In this document: piece by piece, positions 1-6,993 of the stretch | How positions within the stretch are numbered: position 1 is the stretch's first letter | How the letters are laid out: every line of letters starts with the position of its first letter | Assembly: GCF_000007145.1 (NCBI RefSeq) | Contig: NC_003902.1 | Span: forward strand, 2,246,497-2,278,496 | DNA length: 32,000 nt | Direction: 5' to 3' | DNA from: Xanthomonas campestris pv. campestris str. ATCC 33913 | Lineage (GTDB): Bacteria; Pseudomonadota; Gammaproteobacteria; Xanthomonadales; Xanthomonadaceae | Program-made: the position numbers and the translations under genes | Notes under the pieces: generated by a model | The model's database searches: none | The model's input: only the letters and a program-made list of their open reading frames with translations | What the model was told of the DNA's origin: nothing

Positions 1-572
1 AGCCCACCACGCAGCACCTGCAGCAGCAAGGTGGGGGCCACTTCGGCAAACGCCGCCGCATCCGGCACCGCGGTGCCGATCGGCAAGGCCTTGTAGCTGT
101 CCACCAGCAACGCGATCACCGCCAGGTGCCCATTGGCCGCGAAGAACAGCAGCCCGAAGCCGATGTAGAACCACTGCGCGATCACACCGGAGGTCACCCC
201 GCGCAGCGGGTCGGACATCTGCGCGAACGACAGACCGGTGGCCTGCGACACCAGCTCGCCGGCCAGCGCACCGGCCTCGAAGATCAGCCGCAGCATGAAA
301 CCCATGCTGGCCCCCACGGCCAGCTCGCGCGCAATGCTCAGCACCGCGGTGGCATTGAACCCGTCCCACTCCGGCACCGGCGGCAGGATCGGCGCCAGCG
401 CCATCGCCAGGGTCCCGGTCAGCATGACCCGCACCCGCCCCGGCACCGCCCGCGTCCCGATCAACGGCATCGCAGTCAGCAGCGCACCGGTGCGCAGCAT
501 CGTCCACATGATCGCCCCGACCATCGCAAACGCGCGCTGGCCATCGATCACCATCTGGGTAGCGGCATCCAT
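1..572 (-). CDS. fliR: Flagellar export-gate protein FliR; only the N-terminal ~190 aa are present because the 3' end runs off the window start
   Basis: This frame is absent from the ORF track because it leaves the window. My manual reverse-complement translation from the ATG at 570-572 reads MDAATQMVIDGQRAFAMVGAIMWTMLRTGALLTAMPLIGTRAVPGRVRVMLTGTLAMALAPILPP...GFMLRLIFEAGALAGELVSQATGLSFAQM... and has no stop down to position 1. It is a hydrophobic multi-pass protein typical of FliR, and it starts 12 nt after the fliQ stop. Confidence 0.85.
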   Translation of the reverse strand, partial: MDAATQMVIDGQRAFAMVGAIMWTMLRTGALLTAMPLIGTRAVPGRVRVMLTGTLAMALAPILPPVPEWDGFNATAVLSIARELAVGASMGFMLRLIFEAGALAGELVSQATGLSFAQMSDPLRGVTSGVIAQWFYIGFGLLFFAANGHLAVIALLVDSYKALPIGTAVPDAAAFAEVAPTLLLQVLRGG

Positions 573-584
573 CAGCGCGTGCCG

Positions 585-854
585 CTACCCGATCAGATGC
601 GGAATGCGGTGGAACAACTCGATGGTGAACTCCACCAGATGTCCCAGCAGCATGCTGCCAGTGGCAAACAGGGTTGCGGTCAAGGCAACGGCCTTGGCGA
701 CAAAGCCGATGGTGGGTTCGTTCAACTGGGTGGCGGCCTGCACCACACCAATCACGACACCAACGACCAGCACCGCCAGCAACATCGGTCCGGCAATCCA
801 CAAGACGGTGACCAGGCCACCACGCAATTCGGTCAGGGCGATTTCAGGGCTCAT
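585..854 (-). CDS. fliQ: Flagellar export-gate protein FliQ (89 aa)
   Basis: This is the C-terminal 89 aa of ORF 585..1166(-): MSPEIALTELRGGLVTVLWIAGPMLL...VQAATQLNEPTIGFVAKA...HRIPHLIG. The length and the QAATQxNE core match FliQ. The ATG (cat at 852-854) is residue 105 of the track ORF. The upstream part of that ORF is translated repeat DNA. Confidence 0.95.
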   Translation of the reverse strand: MSPEIALTELRGGLVTVLWIAGPMLLAVLVVGVVIGVVQAATQLNEPTIGFVAKAVALTATLFATGSMLLGHLVEFTIELFHRIPHLIG

Positions 855-866
855 GGGGAGTGCTGA

Positions 867-882
867 TGCAAGTGCGGTGCCA
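867..882 (-). promoter_or_regulatory. Sigma-54 (RpoN) promoter TGGCAC-N5-TTGCA directly upstream of fliQ
   Basis: The minus strand reads ccctcctttGGCACcgcacTTGCAtcagcactccccATG. This is a full match to TGGCAC-N5-TTGCA. The C of the -12 GC lies at 868, so the predicted +1 is about 856, only ~2 nt before the fliQ ATG (854). Confidence 0.6.
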
Positions 883-1224
883 AAGGAGGGGATTGGGGAG
901 GTGGGATTGGTGATTCGTTTGGAGCAGGGGCTGAAGTGCCCGATGCGGGCACGCATTGCGGTGGTGCACCGAGCAAGGATTGTTGAGTCTGTCGACACGG
1001 GAGTGGGGATCGTTCTGGTCACGGTGCCGAAGCGCCCGGTTGGGACTGATTGCGGTGGCGCACCGAGCAGCGATGCGGCGAATCTGCCGCTGCCGCTGTG
1101 GAAGCCATACTCGCTGTTGGGCTTGAGCCCGCTCAGTTGGCCGGTGATACGCAGTGCGCCCTCCACGGTCTTGAAGGTGGCCGTGCCCCTTACCTCGTCG
1201 CTGTCGCTGTCCCTTCGCTGTTAC

Positions 1225-1860
1225 TAGCTGTTCTCGGCCGTTGCTCAGCTTTGCTGTTGCCTGGCTTTTGCTGTTCTGCTTCGGGGTCCCCCATACCGCA
1301 GCGGCAGGCCACGTGGGTCAAACCCCAGCGGGGCGGCGCGCATGGATGCGCGACGTTTTTCAAAGGGACAGGGACGTCCCTTTGAAAAATTCCCACGTGG
1401 ACTGCGTACCCGGAGCGCCTTGGCGCGGAGGGGCGCGAGGACGGGGGTGTGTTTCTTTGGTTACTTTCTTTGCACAAGCAAAGAAAGTAACTCGACCCCC
1501 GAAGGGGGCCGAAAGCTCTGCTTTCGCTTGAGCTTTTGCTGTGTGTTGGAGCAATCAATCAAATGCTTTCACGCCCTCCGGGCGCGAGTCACTTTTCTTT
1601 GCTTGTGCAAAGAAAAGTAACCAAAAGAAAGCACACCCCGTCCTCGCGCCCTCCGCGCCAAGGCGCTCCGGGTCCGCAAGTCCGACAGAAATTTTTGTAA
1701 GGGACATCCATGTCCCTTACAAAAACGTCGCGCATCCATGCGCGCCGCCCTGCGGGTTGTATCTGCCGGCCTTGCCGCTGCGGTATGGGGCCCCGGAAAA
1801 GCTGAAAGCCAGAGCTAAGGCAAAGCAAAAAGCGGCAAGCGGCGAGCGGCAATCCGAGCT
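1225..1860. repeat. Composite palindromic repeat block: two inverted ~200-bp arms, each made of three small hairpin modules, plus extended flanks
   Basis: The left arm (1288-1490) matches the reverse complement of the right arm (1591-1794). Shared strings include ccccataccgcagcggca, ggcggcgcgcatggatgcgcgacgttttt, acccggagcgccttggcgcggag and tttctttgcacaagcaaagaaagt. Local hairpins are cgcgcatggatgcgcg (1337-1352) paired with cgcgcatccatgcgcg (1729-1744), caaagggacagggacgtccctttg (1361-1384) paired with tgtaagggacatccatgtcccttaca (1696-1721), and ctttctttgcacaagcaaagaaag paired with cttttctttgcttgtgcaaagaaaag. Weaker symmetry continues out to about 1225 and 1860. Confidence 0.8.
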
Positions 1861-1939
1861 GATGGTTGAGCAGTCCAGCGTTGCCGTGCCGAAATCATTC
1901 AACTAGGGCCGTGCTACCGCGCGCAACGCGCGTCCACAC

Positions 1940-2782
1940 CTACGACGCGTTAAAGCTCGCCGCCAGCGTGCCCACCACCAACACCCACCCATCCACCAGG
2001 ATGAACAACAAGATCTTGAACGGTGCCGAGATCAACATCGGCGACAGCATCATCATGCCCATCGACATCAACACGCTGGCGACCACCAGATCGATGATCA
2101 CGAACGGAATGAAGATCAGAAACCCGATCTCGAACGCCGTCTTCAGCTCGCTGGTCACGAACGACGCCACCAGCACCGGGAACGGCACCGCGTCCGGGCC
2201 GGCGTACTTGCCGTCGCCGGCCATGCCCGCGAAGGTCATCAGGTCGGTCTCGCGGATCTGCGCCAGCATGAAGGCGCGCAGCGGCTGGGTGGTCAGCGTC
2301 CAGGCGGTGGAGAAATCGATCTGGTTATTGAGGTACGGCTGCAGGCCGGCACCCCACATCTTTTGCCACACCGGCATCATCACCAACGCGGTCAGGAACA
2401 TCGCCAGGCCCAGCAGGACCTGGTTGGAGGGGGTCTGGCCGGTGCCCAGCGCCTGGCGCAACAGGCCCAGCACGATGGTGATGCGGGTGAAGGCGGTGAG
2501 CACCAGCAGCATCGACGGCAGCAGGGTGATCGCCGTCATCAGCAGCAGTGTCTGCAGCGGCAGGCTCACCGGCTGGTCGCCGATGCGGCCAACGCTGACG
2601 TTGGGCAAGGTGGGGATCTGATTGCCGGTGGCCGGCGCCGCCGGTGCGGCGGCAGGCGCGGCGGCCTGGGCCATGGCCGGCAGGGCCGCGGGCGTGGCGC
2701 TGGCCAGCAGCGGGCAGCTCATCACCAGCAGGATCAACACCAGGCGCACACTGCGCCCCCAGCGATTCCAACGACTGAACAT
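1940..2782 (-). CDS. fliP: Flagellar export-gate protein FliP (280 aa, with an Ala/Pro-rich signal region)
   Basis: ORF 1940..2782(-) contains ...LLLMTAITLLPSMLLVLTAFTRITIVLGLLRQALGTGQTPSNQVLLGLAMFLTALVMMPV...FVTSELKTAFEIGFLIFIPFVIIDLVVASVLMSMGMMMLSP, a hallmark FliP sequence. Confidence 0.95.
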   Translation of the reverse strand: MFSRWNRWGRSVRLVLILLVMSCPLLASATPAALPAMAQAAAPAAAPAAPATGNQIPTLPNVSVGRIGDQPVSLPLQTLLLMTAITLLPSMLLVLTAFTRITIVLGLLRQALGTGQTPSNQVLLGLAMFLTALVMMPVWQKMWGAGLQPYLNNQIDFSTAWTLTTQPLRAFMLAQIRETDLMTFAGMAGDGKYAGPDAVPFPVLVASFVTSELKTAFEIGFLIFIPFVIIDLVVASVLMSMGMMMLSPMLISAPFKILLFILVDGWVLVVGTLAASFNAS

Positions 2783-2783
2783 G

Positions 2784-3191
2784 TCACGGGTCCTTGCGCA
2801 GCTTCTGTGCGAGCAGCTGGGCGAAATTGGGAAGTTGCTTGAAATTGGGCAGGGTGGGTGCAGGCGTGGGCGGCAGTGGTTCGGCCAGGGTGTGCAAGGT
2901 GCTGATGCCGCCGGCGGTCACGCCCAGCAGCAATTGCTGTCCGTTGACCTCCACCACCACCACGCGTTCCTTGGCACCCACCGCCAGGCTGGTGACCACC
3001 CGCAAGCCCTCGCTGCTGCGGAATCCGCTGCCGGGCATGCGCTTGAGCAACCAGCCCAGGCCGACGATCAGCGCGAGCACCAACAGCAATGCAAAGACCG
3101 CGCCAAACAGGCCTGGCGAGGAGGGCGCCTGCGCGCCGACCTGGGTGGCCTTGGCCGCGGCGGGCGCGGCAATGGCCAGCAGGCCGATCAC
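2784..3191 (-). CDS. fliO: Flagellar biosynthesis protein FliO (135 aa)
   Basis: This is the in-frame C-terminal part of ORF 2784..3701(-): VIGLLAIAAPAAAKATQ...LFGAVFALLLVLALIVGLGWLLKRMPG...LRVVTSLAVGAKERVVVVEVNGQQLLLGVTAGGISTLHTL. It has a single TM helix and the conserved ERvvvVEV..LLLGVT core. The GTG start at 3189-3191 overlaps the fliN TGA (GTGA). The gene ends 1 nt before the fliP start. Confidence 0.75.
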   Translation of the reverse strand: MIGLLAIAAPAAAKATQVGAQAPSSPGLFGAVFALLLVLALIVGLGWLLKRMPGSGFRSSEGLRVVTSLAVGAKERVVVVEVNGQQLLLGVTAGGISTLHTLAEPLPPTPAPTLPNFKQLPNFAQLLAQKLRKDP

Positions 3192-3526
3192 CGCAGCCTC
3201 CGGATCCGTTCGCTGGGGCTGACCACGTCGGTCAGGCGGATGCCGAAGCGGTCGTTGATCACCACCACTTCGCCATGCGCGATCAAGGTGCCGTTGACGT
3301 ACACGTCCAGCGGCTCGCCGGCACCACGTTCCAGTTCCACCACCGAGCCCTGATTGAGCTGCAGCAGGTTGCGGATCGGAATGCGCGCGCGGCCGACTTC
3401 CAGCGACAGGGTGACCGGCACGTCCAGGATGACGTCCAGGTTGAGGTCGGTGGCGTCCTGGTCGCGCTCGGCGTGCAGGCTTTCGAAGGTGGCGGGCGCG
3501 GCGTCGAGGATGTCGGAGTTGATCAT
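3188..3526 (-). CDS. fliN: Flagellar motor switch protein FliN (112 aa)
   Basis: ORF 3188..3526(-) contains ...DVILDVPVTLSLEVGRARIPIRNLLQLNQGSVVELERGAGEPLDVYVNGTLIAHGEVVVINDRFGIRLTDV, the SpoA/FliN C-terminal domain. Its ATG overlaps the fliM stop (ATGA). Confidence 0.95.
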   Translation of the reverse strand: MINSDILDAAPATFESLHAERDQDATDLNLDVILDVPVTLSLEVGRARIPIRNLLQLNQGSVVELERGAGEPLDVYVNGTLIAHGEVVVINDRFGIRLTDVVSPSERIRRLR

Positions 3527-4536
3527 TTGCTGGAGTCCTGGGAGGGAACGGCGCGTGGGGCTTGCACGCCGGGCGGGCGTACGGCGGTGATCTTGACGGC
3601 GTTGTTGCCGTTGGAAACGCCGAATTCACCGGTAAACAAGGGGATTTCTTCCACGCACAGCGGCACCTGGGCGGGCAGGTCGATCGGCAGGATGTCGCCA
3701 ATCTTCAGGCCGGTGAGCTGGCGCAGGCTCATGCGCTTGCTGGCCAGCACGCTGGAGAGGGTGACCTCGGCGGTGTCCAGCTGCTCGCGCAGCATCACGT
3801 TCCACGAATCGTCGCGGTCGTTGCGGTCGCTCTGGATGCCGGCGTCGAGCAGTTCGCGGATCGGCTCCAGCATCGAGTACGGCAGGGTGATGTGGATCTC
3901 GCCGCCGCCGCCTTCCAGTTCCACGTGGAAGCGGCACACCACCACGTATTCGCGCGGGGTGACGATGTTGGCGAAGTGCGGGTTGATCTCCGAGTTGATG
4001 TACTCGAAGTCCACATCCATCACTGGCGCCCAGGCTTCCTTCAGATCGGCAAAGGTCTGCTTGAGCATCAGCTGGATCACGCGCATCTCGGTGGCGGTGA
4101 ATTCGCGGCCTTCGATGCGGGTGTGGAAGCGGCCATCGCCACCGAAGAAGTTGTCCACCACGGTGAACACCAGGGTGGGTTCGAACACGATCAGCCCGGT
4201 GCCGCGCAGCGGCTTGAAGCGGATCAGGTTGAGGTTGGTGGGCACGTACAGCGAGTGCATGTACTCGTTGAACTTGACCAGGTCGATGCCGCGCACCGAC
4301 AGGTCCGCCGAGCGCCGGATCAGGTTGAACAGGCCAATGCGCCACAGCCGCGCGAAGCGCTCGTTGACCATCTCCAGGGTCGGCATGCGCCCACGGATGA
4401 TGCGGTCCTGGCTGGACAGGTCGTACTGGCGCGCTTCGCCGGGTAAGGGCTCCGGCTCGGTGTTGACCGCGCCCGAATCCACGCCATGCAGCAGGGCATC
4501 GATTTCGTCCTGGGAAAGCAGATCACTGACGCTCAT
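3523..4536 (-). CDS. fliM: Flagellar motor switch protein FliM (337 aa)
   Basis: ORF 3523..4536(-) begins MSVSDLLSQDEIDALLHGV, the CheY-P binding LSQxEIDALL motif. The remainder has a FliM-like middle domain and a C-terminal SpoA domain. Confidence 0.95.
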   Translation of the reverse strand: MSVSDLLSQDEIDALLHGVDSGAVNTEPEPLPGEARQYDLSSQDRIIRGRMPTLEMVNERFARLWRIGLFNLIRRSADLSVRGIDLVKFNEYMHSLYVPTNLNLIRFKPLRGTGLIVFEPTLVFTVVDNFFGGDGRFHTRIEGREFTATEMRVIQLMLKQTFADLKEAWAPVMDVDFEYINSEINPHFANIVTPREYVVVCRFHVELEGGGGEIHITLPYSMLEPIRELLDAGIQSDRNDRDDSWNVMLREQLDTAEVTLSSVLASKRMSLRQLTGLKIGDILPIDLPAQVPLCVEEIPLFTGEFGVSNGNNAVKITAVRPPGVQAPRAVPSQDSSK

Positions 4537-4548
4537 GGGGACGGTGCC

Positions 4549-5067
4549 TTACTGGGTAACGAAACTGGTGAACAGCAGTTCTTCGACGCACTTCTTGCCG
4601 GTCTCGCTGGTCATGACCTTCTGCGCTTCAGCCAGCGCGGATTTCTGCAGCTTCTGCTTGCCGGGCAGGTCGGCCACATCGGCGGCCTTGACCTGCGACA
4701 GCAGCATCAGCAGATGCGCGCGGATGGCCGGGGCGTTTTCAGTAATGAGCTTGAGTTCTTCCGGGTCACGGGTGACCAGCTGCACTTCGACCTGCAGGTA
4801 CTGCGGGCCGTCGCCGGGGTCGGCCAGGTTGACCACGATCGCCGGGTCCATCGGGAAGTACTGCGCCGGCTTGGGCACTTCGGCAACCTTGGGCGCGGCG
4901 TGCTTGCCGTCTTTCTCTTCGCCCTTGTGGCCGAGGAAGAACCAGGCGCCGCCGCCGGCAGCCGCCAGCACAACGACACCGATGGCGATCAGCAGGATGG
5001 GCTTCTTGCCGCCCTTCTTCTTCTCGTCTTTCTCTTCGGTCTTTTCGGGTTTCTTCGCGGCTGCCAC
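4549..5067 (-). CDS. fliL: Flagellar basal-body-associated protein FliL (172 aa)
   Basis: This lies inside ORF 4549..5283(-). The GTG at 5065-5067 is preceded by GGAG with a 6-nt spacer (cccctGGAGcacaccGTG) and lies downstream of the sigma-54 promoter. The product is (M)AAAKKPEKTEEKDEKKKGGKKPILLIAIGVVVLAAAGGGAWFF...YFPMDPAIVVNL...YLQVEVQLVT, with one TM helix and the FliL core. Confidence 0.85.
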   Translation of the reverse strand: MAAAKKPEKTEEKDEKKKGGKKPILLIAIGVVVLAAAGGGAWFFLGHKGEEKDGKHAAPKVAEVPKPAQYFPMDPAIVVNLADPGDGPQYLQVEVQLVTRDPEELKLITENAPAIRAHLLMLLSQVKAADVADLPGKQKLQKSALAEAQKVMTSETGKKCVEELLFTSFVTQ

Positions 5068-5100
5068 GGTGTGCTCCAGGGGAATGCTCACCCAGTGGAT

Positions 5101-5115
5101 GCAATCAGCGTGCCA
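5101..5115 (-). promoter_or_regulatory. Sigma-54 promoter for fliLMNOP
   Basis: The minus strand reads ggttttGGCACgctgaTTGCAtccactggg. The predicted +1 is about 5089, which gives a 22-nt leader containing the GGAG Shine-Dalgarno before the GTG at 5067. Confidence 0.75.
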
Positions 5116-5156
5116 AAACCGCGCCGGTTTCCTGGCGCCCGTCTTGCGGACGCACC

Positions 5157-5186
5157 AAAACCCCCGCAGCCCTTGCGCTGCGGGGG
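5157..5186 (-). terminator. Rho-independent terminator after fliK
   Basis: A 10-bp GC stem pairs cccccgcagc (5161-5170) with gctgcggggg (5177-5186) around a 6-nt loop. On the minus strand it is followed by TTTTGG (plus-strand aaaa at 5157-5160). It sits 72 nt after the fliK stop and just upstream of the fliL promoter. Confidence 0.7.
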
Positions 5187-5257
5187 TATGGAGGGCACCG
5201 CGGGCGGGGGCGTGCCCGCGGTGCACGACGCGATCGGGGCCCATGGGCCCGTGGGAA

Positions 5258-6538
5258 TCAGGCGTAAGCGTCCAGCAATCCACGCTGGCGCAGCACCACT
5301 GACGGAATTCCGACGGGCGGGCTGTCTTCCAGGCTCAGGCCGTTGCCGTCGGTGCCGGCCCCGTTGCGATTGCCGGACGGGTTCTGCTGTTGCTGGCTCA
5401 CATCGGCCTGGCCCAGCTGGAAGCCCTGCTGGCCCAGCATGTCGCGCAGGCGCGGCAGGCTCTGCTCCAGCGCCTGGCGTACATCGGCGTTGGCGGCGGT
5501 GAAGCTGGCGTTGACCTTGTCGCCTTCCAGATGCAGGCGCACCTCGACCGGGCCCATCTCGTTGGGGGTGACCTTGATGTGGGCGTGGCCGATCTTCTGG
5601 TCGGCCAGCCAGCTGAGCCGGGCGCCGATGGCATCGTCGAAGGTGTCGCTGCCCATTTCCGGGGTCGGGGTGGGCGAGGCACTGAACACGGCCGGGGCGT
5701 CCTGCAGGCGGTTCAGCGCGGAGGCGGTGGTGGTCGGCAGCACGAAGGCCGGCGCGTCCGGCGCATCGGTCTTGAGGTCGTCGGCCGGGCTGTCCAGTGC
5801 GGCGGTGGCCAGGCTCATCAGTGCGGCGGCCTGCGGCTCGCCGCTGAGCGCCGTGGCTGCGGCGGGTTTGGCGGTGGCCGCCGCCGGTGCCAGCGCGCCC
5901 AACGAGGGCAGGGCGGTGGCGGCCGTGGCGGTGGTGGCCGGTGCGGCTGCATCGGTGGGCAGGGTGGGCGTGGCGGTGGTCGCCGTGGTGGCAGCGCTCA
6001 TGCTGGCCGCCAGTGCTGCGGCCGCTGCAGCCAGGGCGTCGCCGCCCGGTACCGCTGCCGCCAGCAGGCTCATGCCGAACCCGCCCAGGCCTGCTGGCGG
6101 CCAGGCGGCGTCGGGGGTGGCAGTCGCGTCCGTGGGTTCTTCTTTGCCGTCGGCGCCGGCCGGCTTGGCCTTGGCCGTATCAGTGGCTGTGCTGGCGTCC
6201 TTGGCCGCCGGCTCCTTGGTGGACTGCTTGGCGGATTGGGCAGATTTTCCATCGCCGTCCTGCGCACGCGGGCGCGCAGTGGCATCGCCCGGCGCGTCCT
6301 CGTTGTTGTCGTCGTCGCTGCGCTGCTTGTCGGCGGGCGACTTGGGTGCGGCCTGCTTGGCCGGCACGCGCTCGGGCGCCTGCGGCGGGGCCTGGTTGGG
6401 CGTGTTGGCCGGGTTGAGCATGCGCGCGAACTGGTCCTGCCCCGGGTCCTGCTCGGAGGAGGGATCGCTGTAGCTGGACTTCTTGCCGGTGCTGGCGAGT
6501 GCGCCAAGGCCGGCCGCAAAGGCGGACAAGGGGTTCAT
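5258..6538 (-). CDS. fliK: Flagellar hook-length control protein FliK (426 aa)
   Basis: ORF 5258..6538(-) has an Ala/Pro/Thr-rich, low-complexity N-terminal and central region. Its C-terminal domain reads ...IGHAHIKVTPNEMGPVEVRLHLEGDKVNASFTAANADVRQALEQSLPRLRDMLGQQGFQLGQADVSQQ, typical of the FliK C-terminus. Confidence 0.9.
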   Translation of the reverse strand: MNPLSAFAAGLGALASTGKKSSYSDPSSEQDPGQDQFARMLNPANTPNQAPPQAPERVPAKQAAPKSPADKQRSDDDNNEDAPGDATARPRAQDGDGKSAQSAKQSTKEPAAKDASTATDTAKAKPAGADGKEEPTDATATPDAAWPPAGLGGFGMSLLAAAVPGGDALAAAAAALAASMSAATTATTATPTLPTDAAAPATTATAATALPSLGALAPAAATAKPAAATALSGEPQAAALMSLATAALDSPADDLKTDAPDAPAFVLPTTTASALNRLQDAPAVFSASPTPTPEMGSDTFDDAIGARLSWLADQKIGHAHIKVTPNEMGPVEVRLHLEGDKVNASFTAANADVRQALEQSLPRLRDMLGQQGFQLGQADVSQQQQNPSGNRNGAGTDGNGLSLEDSPPVGIPSVVLRQRGLLDAYA

Positions 6539-6990
6539 GCGGATTCTCCGGTGGCGTCTTCGCTGCGGGCCAGGCGTACGCGGCGTGCGCCCAGGTCGTC
6601 CATCTCACGTTGGTCGCGGCGTTCGATCACCTTGTTCTCCTGTGCGCGGTAGCTGGCAGCCAATTGCTCCAGTACCTGTTTTTCGCGGCTCGCCAGCAGC
6701 AGGCGGGTGCGCTCGGCTTCCACCTTGGCGCGGTTGCTTTCCACAGTCTGGGCCTGCTGCAGCACGGCGCTGTCGAGCCGGTCCAGGAAGGCGCGGCGGT
6801 TGCTCAGCGCCACCGCGCTGGTGCCCGACATCTGGCTGCTGGCGTATTCCTCGGCGTAGCGGCGCAGTTCTTCCAGACGCGACTGATGCGTGTCCAGGGC
6901 GCGCTGACGCTCGGCCAGGTCGCGGGCGACCTTGTCTTCCTGTTCCTGCGCACGCCGCAGTAGCGGGTCGATTCGTTTGGACTGCATCAT
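6535..6990 (-). CDS. fliJ: Flagellar export chaperone/stalk protein FliJ (151 aa)
   Basis: ORF 6535..6990(-) is a coiled-coil-type sequence (MMQSKRIDPLLRRAQEQEDKVARDLAERQRALDTHQSRLEELRRYAEEY...). It sits between fliI and fliK, and its stop overlaps the fliK ATG. Confidence 0.85.
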   Translation of the reverse strand: MMQSKRIDPLLRRAQEQEDKVARDLAERQRALDTHQSRLEELRRYAEEYASSQMSGTSAVALSNRRAFLDRLDSAVLQQAQTVESNRAKVEAERTRLLLASREKQVLEQLAASYRAQENKVIERRDQREMDDLGARRVRLARSEDATGESA

Positions 6991-6993
6991 CGG

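Noticed and set aside
855-1166. The N-terminal 104 codons of ORF 585..1166(-), fused in frame to fliQ.
   Set aside because: FliQ is an 89-aa protein, and the sequence from MSPEIALTEL matches it end to end. The upstream part begins with an alternative GTG, runs through the sigma-54 promoter and repeat DNA, and has no FliQ-related sequence.
126-1227. Plus-strand ORFs 126..866 (246 aa) and 238..1227 (329 aa).
   Set aside because: They lie antisense to fliR and fliQ, which are clearly recognisable on the minus strand. Their composition is biased towards Arg, His, Gln and Pro and carries no motifs.
1225-1860. Whether the repeat block is an insertion sequence, transposon or prophage remnant.
   Set aside because: There is no transposase-, integrase- or phage-like ORF in any frame. 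I could not identify terminal inverted repeats flanked by a clear target-site duplication. I therefore annotated it as a non-autonomous repeat rather than a mobile element with coding capacity.
1050-1906. A cluster of short, mutually overlapping ORFs on both strands in the fliP-fliQ spacer (1050..1385, 1190..1558, 1241..1531, 1342..1620, 1360..1554, 1541..1906, 1589..1852, 1717..1902).
   Set aside because: They are translations of the inverted-repeat modules. The same peptides recur from both arms and both strands (HGCATF, WMRDVF, FFACAKK). They have no ribosome-binding sites, and they overlap one another in incompatible frames.
3089-5302. A 737-aa ORF on the plus strand, together with similar long plus-strand ORFs at 7057..8649, 10191..11738, 20302..21687, 21128..22534, 22159..23361, 25835..27262 and 28875..30197.
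   Set aside because: All of these lie antisense to well-recognised flagellar genes (fliNML, fliI, fliF, fleQ, rpoN2, fliD, flgL). Their translations are Arg/Ala/Gly/His-rich low-complexity strings with no recognisable motifs. Long stop-free antisense frames are expected in DNA of this high GC content.
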